Made by a program: the position numbers and the translations under genes. DNA of 63,666 nucleotides, counting the filler, from Reclinomonas americana ATCC 50394 (Eukaryota), in the NCBI GenBank assembly GCA_048213135.1. It is 12 parts of 12 records of this genome, joined end to end, with 100 filler letters (N's around TTAATTAATTAA, not from the genome) between each part and the next. Parts side by side here need not be neighbours in the genome. Positions count along the whole stretch, not along the records: positions 7,049 to 13,526 come from AFZH01019525.1; positions 13,627 to 19,239 come from AFZH01019526.1; positions 19,340 to 29,156 come from AFZH01019527.1; 9 more parts are not named here. The stretch is one strand, 5' to 3'. Of the stretch, positions 11,776 to 23,126 are shown one piece after another (the first letter of the stretch is position 1; each line of letters opens with the position of its first letter). Below the pieces are notes generated by a model, which was not told the origin of the DNA, made no database searches, and worked only from the letters and a program-made list of their open reading frames with translations.

Positions 11776-12851
11776 ATGTCCGTTGCGCCTCCATCTCTCC
11801 CTTCCCGACGCCTGCATGGACACCCTAGCGATGTCAATTGCGTCGCAGTCACTCCCACTGGCCAGCATGTGGTGACTGCGAGTGAATCCAGCGTGCGAGT
11901 GTTGTCTGTGGCGAGTGGAGAGCAGGTGCTGCACTTGCAGGGACACACAAGTAGGCTGAAAGCCACTCCCGACAGTGAGCACATTGTGAGTGGAGCGGTT
12001 GATGGTACTGTGTGCGTATGGGCTGGCGAGCGGAGAGGAAGTGCAGCGTGAAGATAGACAAAGCTTCAGTGCGTTGTGTTGCTGTCTCTCCGGATGGTCA
12101 GTGCATTGTGAGTGGGGGCGGTGATAAGAGTGTGCGAGTGTGGTCGCTGGCGAGCGGCGAGACAGTGCAACGGCTGGAAGGGCACACTCGTACCGTGTTC
12201 TCTGTTGCCGTCACCCCCGACGGGCAGCTCGTTGTCAGTGGGAGTGCGGACAACACAGTGTGCGTGTGGTCACTGGCGAGTGGAGAACAACTGCAACGGT
12301 GGAGAAGTCACTCGGCAGCCGTTGCCTCTGTCGCAGTCACTCCCGACGGTCGGCACGTGGTGAGCGGGAGCTGGGATAGGACGGTTCTAGTATGGTGCGT
12401 GGAGAGCGGCGAGGAAGTGCGACGGATTGATGGACATGATGACGACGTGTACTCTGTCGCCATCACTCCCGATGGTCGTCACGTGGTGATTGGCAGCCTG
12501 GACAACAATGTGCGAGTGTGGTCCATGGCGAGTGGCGAGGAAGTGCAGCGGTTGGTAGGGCACACTGGGCGAGTGGACTCTGTCGCCGTCTCCCCCGATG
12601 GGCAACTCATCGTAAGTGGGTCTAACGACAAGACAGTGCGCGTGTGGTCCACGCCTTCCGGCCTCGCTCGACAGGAGCTCAACACTGCGCGCCTGGCCAT
12701 GCAAGCGATGCAGGAGATGCAGCGAGAGGATGAAGGGGAAGGCGACCCGGATCCGCGTTGCCTGGTGGAGATTGTAATGCGCTGCTTTCTGGTGGAGGAG
12801 GCCGAGGTTGTTGTGCATCGCTGTTTTGCAGACAGCAGCCTGTGTCTGTGA
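11776..12851 (+). pseudogene. WD40 paralogue D, frameshifted near 12020-12050
   Basis: WD40 consensus passes through three frames around 12020-12055; shortened repeat 2; 3' repeats and tail intact. Confidence 0.72.
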
Positions 12852-13037
12852 CGTTGGGGGGGGGGGGGTGGGTGGGGGGGGCGGCGGTGGCGGGGAAGGA
12901 GAAGGTGCATGGGTTGAGAGTTCGTCTTGTGTTGTCTGTGGCTTTCTCTTCGATAGATGGTCATCCTGACGGCTGCTGTTGCTTGTTTTGCTGGTGAATG
13001 AAGGGCTGTCGTTTGTATAGTCGCAGATGCAGACAGC

Positions 13038-13709
13038 ATGGTGTCTTCGAGGCACACAAACGTCGACACGTGTATCGTCCTCCATTACATCTCAGCGACG
13101 GGCAAGGAAGAGCGGCGGTTGGTGGGACACACCGACGGCGTGCTCTCTGTCGCCGTCTTCCCCGACAATGTGCACGCTGTGAGTGCGAGTTCTGACTCGA
13201 CAGTGCGCGTGTGGTCGCTGGCGAGTGGAGAAGAAGAACGGCGGTTGGAGGGACACGCAAAGAGAGTGTTTTGTGTCGCTCTCACCCCCGATGGTCGGCA
13301 TGTGGCGAGCGGCAGTGCAGACAACACACTGCGCTTGTGGTCAGTGGCGACTGGCGAACAAGTGCGTCGATTTTATCATCACACTCTCGGTGTGCTGTGC
13401 GTCACCGTCACGCCCGACTGTCAGTACCTTGTGAGCGGCAGTCATGACAGCACTGTGCGAGTGGTGTCGGTGGCGAGTGGTGAAGAGGTGCGACGGTTCG
13501 TGGGTCACGTTGGCAGCGTGTATTCTNNNNNNNNNNNNNNNNNNNNNNNNNNNNNNNNNNNNNNNNNNNNTTAATTAATTAANNNNNNNNNNNNNNNNNN
13601 NNNNNNNNNNNNNNNNNNNNNNNNNNAGATCGTGCTGCGCTGTTTCCTGGTCGAGGAGGCAGAGGTTTTCGTCCATCGATGCTTCTCGGAAGAGAGTCTC
13701 TGCCTGTGA
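13038..13709 (+). pseudogene. WD40 paralogue E, 5'-truncated, interrupted by a gap
   Basis: WD repeats 13090-13526; tail IVLRCFLVEEAEVFVHRCFSEESLCL* at 13629-13709. Upstream motif abuts a partial repeat and the normal N-terminus is absent. Confidence 0.6.
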
Positions 13710-13923
13710 CTTCAGCGGGAGGTGGGGGAGAAGGTGGAACTCCTAGCCATCGAATGATCCGTGCCTCGATCTTCATCGCAGTTGTCGGTGACAGAAGAAG
13801 AAGCTTTTCATAAACCCTCTTGTTTCCTTGTGGCCATCTGCCTGTCTCCCTCCCACCCTGTGTGGAAAGTCATGCAGACCGCCTTACGCCTTCAAGTCTC
13901 GTCACAGACGTCGACAAAGGTAT

Positions 13924-13943
13924 CGTCCTACTTGAAAAGGACA
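13924..13943. promoter_or_regulatory. Dyad CGTCCT-N8-AGGACA upstream of WD40 F
   Basis: Arms retained in a more diverged paralogue; spacer acttgaaa. Confidence 0.45.
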
Positions 13944-13985
13944 GCGCATTCAACCGTCCTTCTCTCCCTCCCTCTCTCACGCATC

Positions 13986-15122
13986 ATGTCCTCCTCCCCT
14001 CCCTCGCTCCCAAGCATCTGCCTGCGCGGCCACACCAACGCCGTGCATTCTATCGCTATCACTCCCGACGGCCAGCGCATTGTTAGCAGCAGCAGTGATG
14101 GAACAGTTCGCGTGTGGTCACTGGTGACTGGTGAAGAAGAGCGGCGGTTGAACGGTCGTCCCAACTTGATGCTGTCTCTCGCTGTGACACCCGACGGTCA
14201 GCGCGTTGTCGGCGGGGGTGCTGATTCGACGATTCGAGGCTGGTCATTGGTGCACGTGAGCGGAGAGGAGGTTCTCCACTTTAATGGTCACACCCTGGCT
14301 GCGATGTCTGTTGCTGTCACCACCGATGGGCAGCATGTGGTGAGCGGGAGTGCAGATGACACCGTGCGAGTGTGGTCACTGGCGAGCGGCGAGGAGGTGC
14401 GACGATTGAAGGGACATAAGCAGCGAGTTTCCTGTGTCGCACTCACGCCCAATGACGAGTACATTGTGAGTGGAAGCCTAGATAAGACCGTGCGAGTGTG
14501 GTCACTGACGAGTGGCGAGGAGGTACGACGGTTGGAGGGACACACGGGAGGTGTGTACTCTGTCGCCGTCACACCCGACGGCCAGCACGTTGTGAGCAGC
14601 AGTAGTGTCACAGTGCGTGTATGGTCGATGGCGAGTGGGGAGGAGTTGCGACGGTTGGAGGGACACACAGGCTGGGTGATGTCTGTCGCCGTCACTCCCG
14701 ACGGTCAGCACGTGGTGAGTGGCTCCCATGACAAGACAGTGCGCGTGTGGTCACTGGCGAGTGGGGAGGAGGTGCGACGGTTGGTGGAGCACACGGATTA
14801 CGTGCTGTCTGTGGCCGTCTCCCCAGATGGTCAGCACATTATCAGCGGGAGTCGGGATCGCACCGTGCGCGTGTGGTCCACGCCGTGCGGCCTCGCGCGG
14901 CAAGAGCTCAGATGCGCGCAGTCGGCCATGTGCGCGGTGCAGGAAATGCAGCGAGACGTGGATGAGGAAGATCCTGATCCTCGCTGCTTGGTGGAGATTG
15001 TCATGCGGTGTTTCATGGTCGAGGAGGCCGAGGTCGTCGTCCATCGATGCTTCTCGGATGGCAGCCGTTGCATCGTACCATGTATGATCCAAGAGCAGCA
15101 GCTTAGGGTTGTGACTGTGTGA
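13986..15122 (+). CDS. WD40 protein F (7 repeats plus tail), intronless
   Basis: Start MSSSPPSLPSICLRGH matches paralogues; seven WD repeats; tail TPCGLARQEL...DPRCLVEIVMRCF. Confidence 0.9.
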   Translation: MSSSPPSLPSICLRGHTNAVHSIAITPDGQRIVSSSSDGTVRVWSLVTGEEERRLNGRPNLMLSLAVTPDGQRVVGGGADSTIRGWSLVHVSGEEVLHFNGHTLAAMSVAVTTDGQHVVSGSADDTVRVWSLASGEEVRRLKGHKQRVSCVALTPNDEYIVSGSLDKTVRVWSLTSGEEVRRLEGHTGGVYSVAVTPDGQHVVSSSSVTVRVWSMASGEELRRLEGHTGWVMSVAVTPDGQHVVSGSHDKTVRVWSLASGEEVRRLVEHTDYVLSVAVSPDGQHIISGSRDRTVRVWSTPCGLARQELRCAQSAMCAVQEMQRDVDEEDPDPRCLVEIVMRCFMVEEAEVVVHRCFSDGSRCIVPCMIQEQQLRVVTV

Positions 15123-15389
15123 GGAGGATATCATCCAAGTGCGTCAAGTCACCACGCTTATGCGGTGAAGATCGCAGTTCTCGACTTGTTCGGAGCTCCG
15201 AGAGCGAACACACACACAAGAAACCTGCTGCTGCCTCAAGATTGGTGTCTGTGTTGATGTTTTGGATGTGGTTGAACTTGGTCATCAAGACAGCTGTTGC
15301 TTGTTTGTTGGTGAATGAATTGTTGTTGTTGTTCTGTGTTTTTTGTCAAGCAGCTTTGAAGGAGAAAGTGAAGCTCTTCTTATTGCGGA

Positions 15390-15750
15390 GAAGGAGGAGA
15401 TCGAGAAGGAAGATATCGAGTTTGCTGCTGTGGAAGGAAACAGTAAAGCTTCTCTTCGCCAACAAGAGGCCACTGGTCATCGATGTTTTCGTGGGCAGCA
15501 GCCTCCGTATGTGATTGTGGAGGAAGAGGAGACTGAGAAGGAGGATATCGATATCTTGCGTTCAGTATTTGCATGTACTTCTCGAGCTGCTGTGGAAGGA
15601 AAAGCAAAGCTCTACTTCGCTGCAAGAGGCCACCAGCCACCGATGTTTTCGTGGACAACAGCCTCCGTCTGTGACTGTGGAGGAGGAGGAGGAGGAGGAG
15701 AGAAGGAAGATATCGATCGATGTTTTGTGTTCAGTATTGGTATGTATTCG
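15390..15750. repeat. Degenerate tandem duplication (about 165-bp unit, about 2 copies), intergenic
   Basis: Repeated gctgctgtggaaggaaa...caagaggccac...gatgttttcgtgg...gcctccgt...gatatcga. Confidence 0.7.
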
Positions 15751-15906
15751 AATTCATCTCTCTCTCGGGCTGGTGCAGCGCTGAGTGAAGGAGGAAGAAA
15801 AAGGTCTTCTCTTCTCTGCACTCCCTCCATGTCTCACTCACTTTACTCACGCTTCTTGGAAGAAACCACCAACCAATCAATCACTGTTTACTTGTGAGAG
15901 AGCGCA

Positions 15907-16039
15907 ATGATCTCTCGCATTCACTCATGGTCGGAGGCTGCGCGACTGGCTGCACATGAGCGCCGGCATTTTGCGAGAGTCTATCGGTGTGAGAGATGAG
16001 AGAGAGAGGAGAGTGCAGAAGCCTTCTATCTCTCTCCTT

Positions 16040-16080
<41 letters not shown>

Positions 16081-19000
16081 CTGTCATCTCTCTTCTGCCC
16101 CTTACTTGCTGTCTTTCTCTCTCTCTTCTCCATCTCTCTTTATCTCTGTTCTTCACTCTCTTCTCTCTCACTCTTCTCTCTCTCTCTCACTCTTCTCTCT
16201 CTCCTTCTCTCTCTTTGTGTAGGCCTGTGCGTCGCGATGTGCAACTGCAACCGCGCGCCGCGCGCTTTGTCGACTGGCGATATGTGGATCGGACCTCGGT
16301 GAGTGATGCGCAGAGAGACAAGAGAGAGAGAGAGAGATAAAGATAAAAGAAGAAGGAGCAGAGAGAGAAGAGGCTTGCTGGGAGCTGAAGCAGCAATGAT
16401 AGTGACAAAGCCACACTCAGACTGAGTGAGGAAGCTCGTTTCCCACTGAGCAAATGAGAGAAAGAGAGAACGAGACAGACTCAGGCTGAGTGCGGAGGCA
16501 GACTGAGAGAAAGAGAGAGCACAGAGAGCAGAGAAGAGACTTGCAGTCTGGCAAACAATGAGAGAGCTTGCTGGGAGCTGAAGCAGCAAAGATGGAGACT
16601 CAAACTGACCTAGAAAGAGAGAGACAGAGAACGAGACAGACATAGACTGCAGGCCGGGCAATGGCAGCAACGCACACCAGAAAAAGAGACAATCGAAGCT
16701 CGCACAGCACCAGCGGAGACACAGCATGCACCAGCACGCACACACAAGACACAGAGAGCTGTCGAGTAAGAAAGCAGTTGAAGCTTACCCTTCCCCCCTC
16801 TTCTCCCTCCCTTCTCCTTTAGTCCGGCAAAACCCCCGTGGTCCTCTCACCCGTGATGGCCGGCGCCGATCCGTACGTCTTCAACCTCACCCCCTTCAGC
16901 GCGGACTTTTGCGAGGCGCTGATGGAGGAGCTGGAGAATTACCTGGCACACGGGTTGCCTGCGAGTTGCGGCTCCAGCTCCTGCGGGAATCTTCTTCCCT
17001 CTCTCTCTGCTCATCCCCTTCTCGCAGGCTCCGAGATCGACCTCGCGCAAGACCTCGCCTTTCCTCCTTCGTTCTTTGACGAGCTCTGCACGCACCTGTT
17101 CCCCGTCGTGCAGCATTTGGCGCGGCCGCGACGCGAGCTCTTTGGCGGCGCCAATGAGATCACCATGCGCGCCGTCATTCGCTGGCGTCGGGCGCAGTGG
17201 GACGACACGTTTCGCGACTCGCCCAGTGCGGAGGCGCCTCCGTGCAGCGTTTTCACGGCCGACGACGCGTTGGTGACGGTGTGCGTGTGCCTCGGTGGTT
17301 CGTTTCGCGACGAGACCGCGGGCGGCGTCGAGTTTTGTCGCCCGATTGTGATGGGTCACACGGGCGACGACGATTTGTCGGTTCGCGGCAGTCATGTGTA
17401 TGCGCATGTGCCGCATTTGGCGGTGGCCCATGTTGCGTTGGGAGGGGGAGTGAAGGGAAGGGCGGGAGAGAAAGAAGGAGGAAAGGTCGTGCTTTGTCTC
17501 AACCACAGCTTGTCTCTTCTTCCATCATGCAGCTCGGAGATGTACGACACAGATCGCTGCCATTGCGCAGTGGCTTTTGTGCGACGCTGCACATGTTTTT
17601 CGAGCGCAAGACGCCAATGGAAGGTGAGCTTGATGTGACGAATCGATCGTCTATCCTCATCCTCTTTTCTTGCACTGTGTCTTCTTGCTCGTCTTCATCC
17701 TTCCCATATTCATTGCTCGCTTCTCTTTCGCTTGTTCTCTTCGTCTCTTGCTGCGTTCCGTGCCATTTCTTCTGTCTATTCTTCCTGATTGTTTTGTCTT
17801 CCTATGCTTATTGCTCGCCGTGTTGCCTCGTCGTTGCCTTCTTATGTTGGTGCTCTCCGTTCCTCACTCTCTCTCCCCTGTTCGTTTCTCTCATGTCTTC
17901 TTGTTCTCTTTCATTCCTGTCCCTCTCGTCTCTCGCTCCCTCCCTCCCTTCCCCTTCCCCTTGTCCTCGCTGCCCCTTGTCCTCACTTCCCCTTGTCCCC
18001 ATTCAGTACATCTGATCAAGTTCCGCGACGCTCCCTCCCCCGTGTTGAGATTACGTGAGGTCGACGCGCGGCAGGAGGAGGCCACACTGTGGTGCGCTCA
18101 CTGCAATCACGTCCCTTTTGTTTTTGCTTCTGCTCTCTCCACTCACCGTCGACTCCCACCAGGGGCCTCTGCGAATACGCCTTTGTGCACATGCTCTCAT
18201 ACTTGAGCACGCCGTGCGTGGTCAAGCTCAGTTCTGTGTGCGGTCGGCTGCGAGTGGTGAGCTGGCACCGTCTGTTTTTTGTGAAGTACCGTCGCCCATT
18301 CCATGCTTCCAATGTTGTTCGCAGCGTGTCAATCGCGTGCTCCGACTGCGGAGCACGCTGGACTTTTGCACAGGTGTCCCCGAGCGTTGCATGTTTCGGC
18401 TGCCCGACGCCGCTCTCCGACAGATATTATTCGTGCGTGACCCTTCCTCGGTGTTTGCATATTCCTCTGTGTGTTTGTGTGTTGCTCATTCTCCCCTCGC
18501 GTGCAGCACTGCCAAGGTGACGACGAGCTGAAACGGAATTCATGTATCGCTTGCTTCCACTCAACAATCGTGTGTGCATAACAGATACTGTGCGGCACGT
18601 GGTGCTGGATGGATGCAGCGGCCCGAATCTGTCACTCGATGGCATCGTGCAGGCGGCGGCACAGGTGCGCACACATCGAGTTGTCTGTTTTGTTGCGTTT
18701 CTCTGACCACAACAGTGGTACAGTGCCCTCTGTTGCAGTCCATCTCCATCCGACAAACCCTCGAACTCGGCCAGCATCGTCACCTGGTTGCCGCGCTCCA
18801 AGCCTCGCTGCCACGAGTCACCATCTACGACGGTCCCGTACAGGTGCTGGTCACGGGCCTCGGCGATCTCGGCTACTGCCGCGTGTGGTCTTTCGCCAGT
18901 CTCACGGTGGACGAGTTCAAGTACTTGTTGGAGATGCAGGTGTGAGAGGGAGAATGTTCTCCCGCGCCACTCTCTATGTTGATAGTCTGCGATGCAGTTT

Positions 19001-20229
19001 GGGGAGCTGCGCGATCGCATGCGTATTCGCTTCCGCGAGCACTGGCTCGCCGACGGCAAGACTCTGCGTGACTACGCGATTGGGAGCTACGAGGATGAGC
19101 CACTGATGATTGTTGTGCGAAGACCGCCGCCTCTTTTGGAGCCAGGTGTGGAATAGGAGAAGGGAGTGAGGTGGAAACGGGAGAAGGAAGATGAAAGGAC
19201 AAATAGTGGGAAAGAGCGAAAACACACGGGTTAGCTCTCNNNNNNNNNNNNNNNNNNNNNNNNNNNNNNNNNNNNNNNNNNNNTTAATTAATTAANNNNN
19301 NNNNNNNNNNNNNNNNNNNNNNNNNNNNNNNNNNNNNNNCTCTCTCTGCTCGTCGTCTCGCTGCTCCCTCTCGCTGCTCTCTCCTCTCGCTGTTCTGCTC
19401 CTCTCGCTGCTCTCTCCTCTCGCTGTTCTGCTCCTCTCGCTGCTCTCTCCTCTCGCTGCTCTCTCCTCTCGCTGCTCTCTCCTCTCGCTGTTCCGCTCCT
19501 CTCGCTGCTCCTGCTCTCGCTGCTCCGCCTCTCGCTGCTGTGCTCCTCTCGCTCTCTCCCCCTCTTGCTGTTCTGCTCCTCTCGCTCTCTCCATTTCTCG
19601 CTCCTCCTCCTCTCGCTGCTGTCCCCTCTCCCTTCCGCTCTCCCCCTCTCCCTTCCCGCTTCTCCTTCTCTCTTGCCCACCCTTCTCTTTTGCAGGCGCC
19701 TCCCCGCAGCAACTCCTGGCTGTCTACGACTCGCTGAGCGACGCCAGCGCCCAACCACCGGCCGCCCTTGCCGCGCGAATGGCGCAAGAGAGTCGCGCGT
19801 GGCCCTCCGTCGGTGACACTGATGGCTTGCGGCTGGAGATTCTGCCCACCAACTCTCGCTGCGTGGCGGGTCGCATGGAGGTGTTCCTCTACGAGATTCG
19901 CGCTTCCATCTGTACCCTTCGCTCACTTTCCCCCCGTACCATCGGCTGCAGCTCGATGACCACACGGAGGAGATACGAATGGTGCTCTCCGACGACTATC
20001 CGTGGTCGCCGCCGCTCATTCGCGTTGTTTCCGATCTCGATCATCCCTCCATTGACGCTGACACGCGCCTGTGGCTCAACTATGACAAGTTGGCGCCTGT
20101 TTGGTCACCGTCGTTCCTGTTGATGCAAGGTGTGAGTGTGCGTCGACGGTGAGTGTGTGGATCATGGCTGATTCATTGTATTGCGCTGCAGTGTTGGCAT
20201 TTGTTCGCGACGATCTTGGAACACGATGA
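15907..20229 (+). CDS. Multidomain protein: OGFOD2-like 2OG-Fe(II) oxygenase fold (probably inactive), F-box, LRR, ubiquitin-like, UEV (E2-like)
   Basis: Phase-consistent exons encode PFSADFCEALMEELENY and DDALVTVCVCLGGSF..GGVEF (oxygenase); LWGLCEYAFVHMLSYLSTPCVVKLSSVCGRLR (F-box); VRHVVLDGC and CPLLQSISI (LRR); TVDEFKYLLE..LADGKTLRDYAI (Ubl); DDYPWSPPLIRVVSDLDHPSI..WSPSF (UBC fold, no catalytic Cys). Crosses gap 19240-19339 in matching phase. Confidence 0.68.
19340..19620. repeat. Intronic minisatellite (ctcctctcgctgct-like units)
   Basis: Visible tandem repeats next to the gap. Confidence 0.8.
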
Positions 20230-20533
20230 TGTGGGCAACGGAGACGGTGAGTGTGGCAGTTGTGAATCGCCTTGCTTTGCATGTTCTTTTGACAATAGGC
20301 CCGCAGATCGCCTCTCTGGAGTTAGCCTGAATTGCATCAACTGCAACCCGTCCGGCGGTGAGCAGAGTTGAATCGCAAACGTGACGCAGGTGCCGACAAG
20401 GCCAGCGAGAGGTTGGTGAGTCAATCAATCTCCCCCCTTGCGCTCATTATCCGCTGTCTGACTCCTCTCCTTCAGTGCCTATGAACAAGAAAGAATACAC
20501 TATAGGGTCACACACATGATTATCTCGTCTCCG

Positions 20534-23126
20534 TTACACGCTCTGCTCAACTGGCAGGGCGTTCGTCGTCTTGACGCGCCGGCGCACATTGATGTGCGGC
20601 TTGCCATTCTCGACCTCCGCCGCCACCACCACCTCCGCAGCCACGTCCTCCTGCTTCTCATCTTCCTCCTCCCCCTCCTCGTCGCTGCTCACGCTTCCCT
20701 CACTTGCGCTTGCGCTGCTGCTTCCGCTGTCGTGCTCGACGAGCACCGGTTCCGGATTGGTGGCCTTGATCCACGAGGTGTACAGCTTCTTCTCGTCGGA
20801 CAGATCGCCCGACAACTCACGCAGCACCTCGTGCAGACCGCCGCGCCGCAGGAGAATCGAGCGCACCACACACGGCGCCAGTGGAAGGTGCGGCTTGAGC
20901 TTGGCCAGCACTTGCTGGGCGTCGCCGGGATCGGCAAAGTGCCGGGCCACCAGGGCGGTGGCCTCCGGGAGACTCATCAGCGGAATCTCCACCTCCAGAT
21001 CGACACGGCCGCGGCGGCGCAGTGCCGGGGGCAGCTTGTCGCGGTAGTTGGTGGTGAGGATGTAGACGATCTTGCCTGGGTGGTCTTCCTCCAGGATTTG
21101 TTGCACGCTGTGCACGATTTTGCTGCGCGGAGAGAGGGAGAAGGTGGGTGAGGAGGGAGATGAGGGGAAGAGTAGGGGAAGGGGAAGGGGGATAATGGGA
21201 AAGGAGAGGATGAAGGAGGCGTGGAGAAACGAGCTGGGTTGGGTGCAACAGAGTGGAGACAAGCAGAGTGGAGACAAGCAGATGAGACAAGCAGATGGAG
21301 ACAAGCAGATGGAGACAAGCAGAGCGAGACAAGCAGAGCGGAGACAAGCAGAGCGGAGACAAGCAGAGCGGAGACATGCAGAGTGGAGACATGCAGAGCG
21401 GAGACAAGCAGAGCGGAGACATGCAGAGCGGAGACACGCAGAATGGAGACACGCAGAGTGGAGACATGCAGAGTGGAGACATGCAGAGTAGAGACAAGCA
21501 GAGCGGAGACATGCAGAGCGGAGACACGCAGAATGGAGACACGCAGAATGGAGACATGCAGAGTCGAGACAAGCAGAGTGGAAGCAGATGAATAAGCAGA
21601 GTGAAACGCGGAGAGCGGAATGTGCAGAGTGAAGACAGGCAGAGTGGAACAGGAAGAGTGGAGACATTCAGAGTGGATGCCGAGTGAGCCAGCGAGAGTG
21701 GACAAAATCACACGGTAGAAAATGACGAAGGGAGTATGACGTGAGAGTGAAACGAGGCAGCAGGGAATACGAGGTGTGAGTGTGCGACAACTGCAAATAT
21801 CTCTCTCTCCCCCCTTCCCTCTCCCCCCTTTGCCCTCTCCCCCTCTCCCCTTCCCCTTTCCCCCTTGCCCTTCACCCCCTCTCCTCCCACCTGTTGTCAA
21901 GAATCACATCGATATCGTCGAGCAGGATGATGGTATCCTCCTGGCACACGGGCGGCGTCATGCTGGACTCGAGCGCCGAGTGCGACAACGCAATGACGTT
22001 CATCTGTGGCGATGGAGGTGAGCGAAAGAGGCATGAGATGTGTGAATCGTGATTTCCCGCACCTGGTACTTGTGACTCAGCGTCCACACGAGCTGTGCGC
22101 ACACAATGTGAGTACTCATTTGTCGTTGCAAGTATGCGCACGTTATGTTTCACTCACCGTTGTCTTGCCCGTTCTGCACGCAGAGAGAACACAGCCGGTG
22201 AGCAACTCGCTTTCATCTCCCCCTCCCTCGTGCAACTCGCACTCACCCTGGAGGTCCATGCAGCAGAATGCCCGTGTGCTTGCTGTCGGTCTGATTCAAG
22301 TCGAGGAAGGACTCCAGGTGATTGCAGACTCGTTCCCACACCTCTGGCGCGTACACAGAATTCGCCTGTGGCACACGGCGAGGATACACGGAGCGATTGC
22401 TGTGGAGGTACGTCGAGCGACTCTGGTGCTTGGCAAGGAAGCGCTGCAGGCGATCCAAGTCGAGCAGCACGCCTGTGAGGCGGAAATTGGCACTGACACG
22501 AGCCGCCGAGCCGTCCACACTGCGCATCGCCCAAGAGGTGAGAAGACAAGAAGAAGTACAGAAAAGTTGCGTGCTTCTGCTCACCGTCGCACCGCGCTTC
22601 CAGCCTTCTCGCCATTGTCGTACGTCAGCCTGCGGGGGAAGAATGAAGGTAAGAAGGAGAGACAAGGTGATCGCCACTTCGTCGCTGACGCACCACGCCG
22701 GCATGCCCTCGATCCACAGCATCTTGCTGAAGTTGTCTTCGGTGGAAATAGTGACGCGGGCCGGCTTGCCACCACGCGCCGGTTTCATCACCATTGGCAT
22801 CGTGGATCGGCTGACACCGGCCTCGGTGACCAGTGCCTTGACGGCGCGTCGCAGCGTCTTGAAGTGCTTGTGGCCCTGCCGACAACGGAGTCAGTGCCTT
22901 TCCCCCTGGCCCATACGCGGTGCGACGCAACTGCATCAAAGGTGTAGGTCCGTACAATGCGTCGCAGCGGGAACAGTGCAATGTCCAGCAGCCAGTTCAG
23001 CAATCGATGGAATGCACCCTGTGCCACCGTGAGGAAGAAGGCCAGCATGGTGCCGAAGATGATCTGCGACATGAGCGTCGACTGCGTCGCCTCGGCTGGT
23101 GCGTGCTGTTGAAGTAGTGGGTCCAT
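20534..23126 (-). CDS. BCS1-like AAA+ ATPase, multi-exon
   Basis: N-terminal TM segment; GILLHGPPG|TGKT Walker A split by an intron; IILLDDID Walker B; ILTTNYRDKLPPALRRRGRVD SRH; acidic tail. Confidence 0.85.
21248..21600. repeat. Intronic 15-bp minisatellite (gcagagYggagacaN)
   Basis: More than 20 tandem units in the last intron of the AAA gene. Confidence 0.85.

Noticed and set aside
7533..15122. Diversity-generating retroelement as the source of WD40 variation
   Set aside because: No reverse transcriptase in the window and differences are not adenine-specific
18325..18432. CxxC..CxxC zinc-ribbon reading (ACSDCG..CFGC)
   Set aside because: The alternative frame RVNRVLRLRSTLDF..LPDAALRQILF fits the canonical donors and the F-box/LRR context; the Cys frame leads to a stop in the next exon
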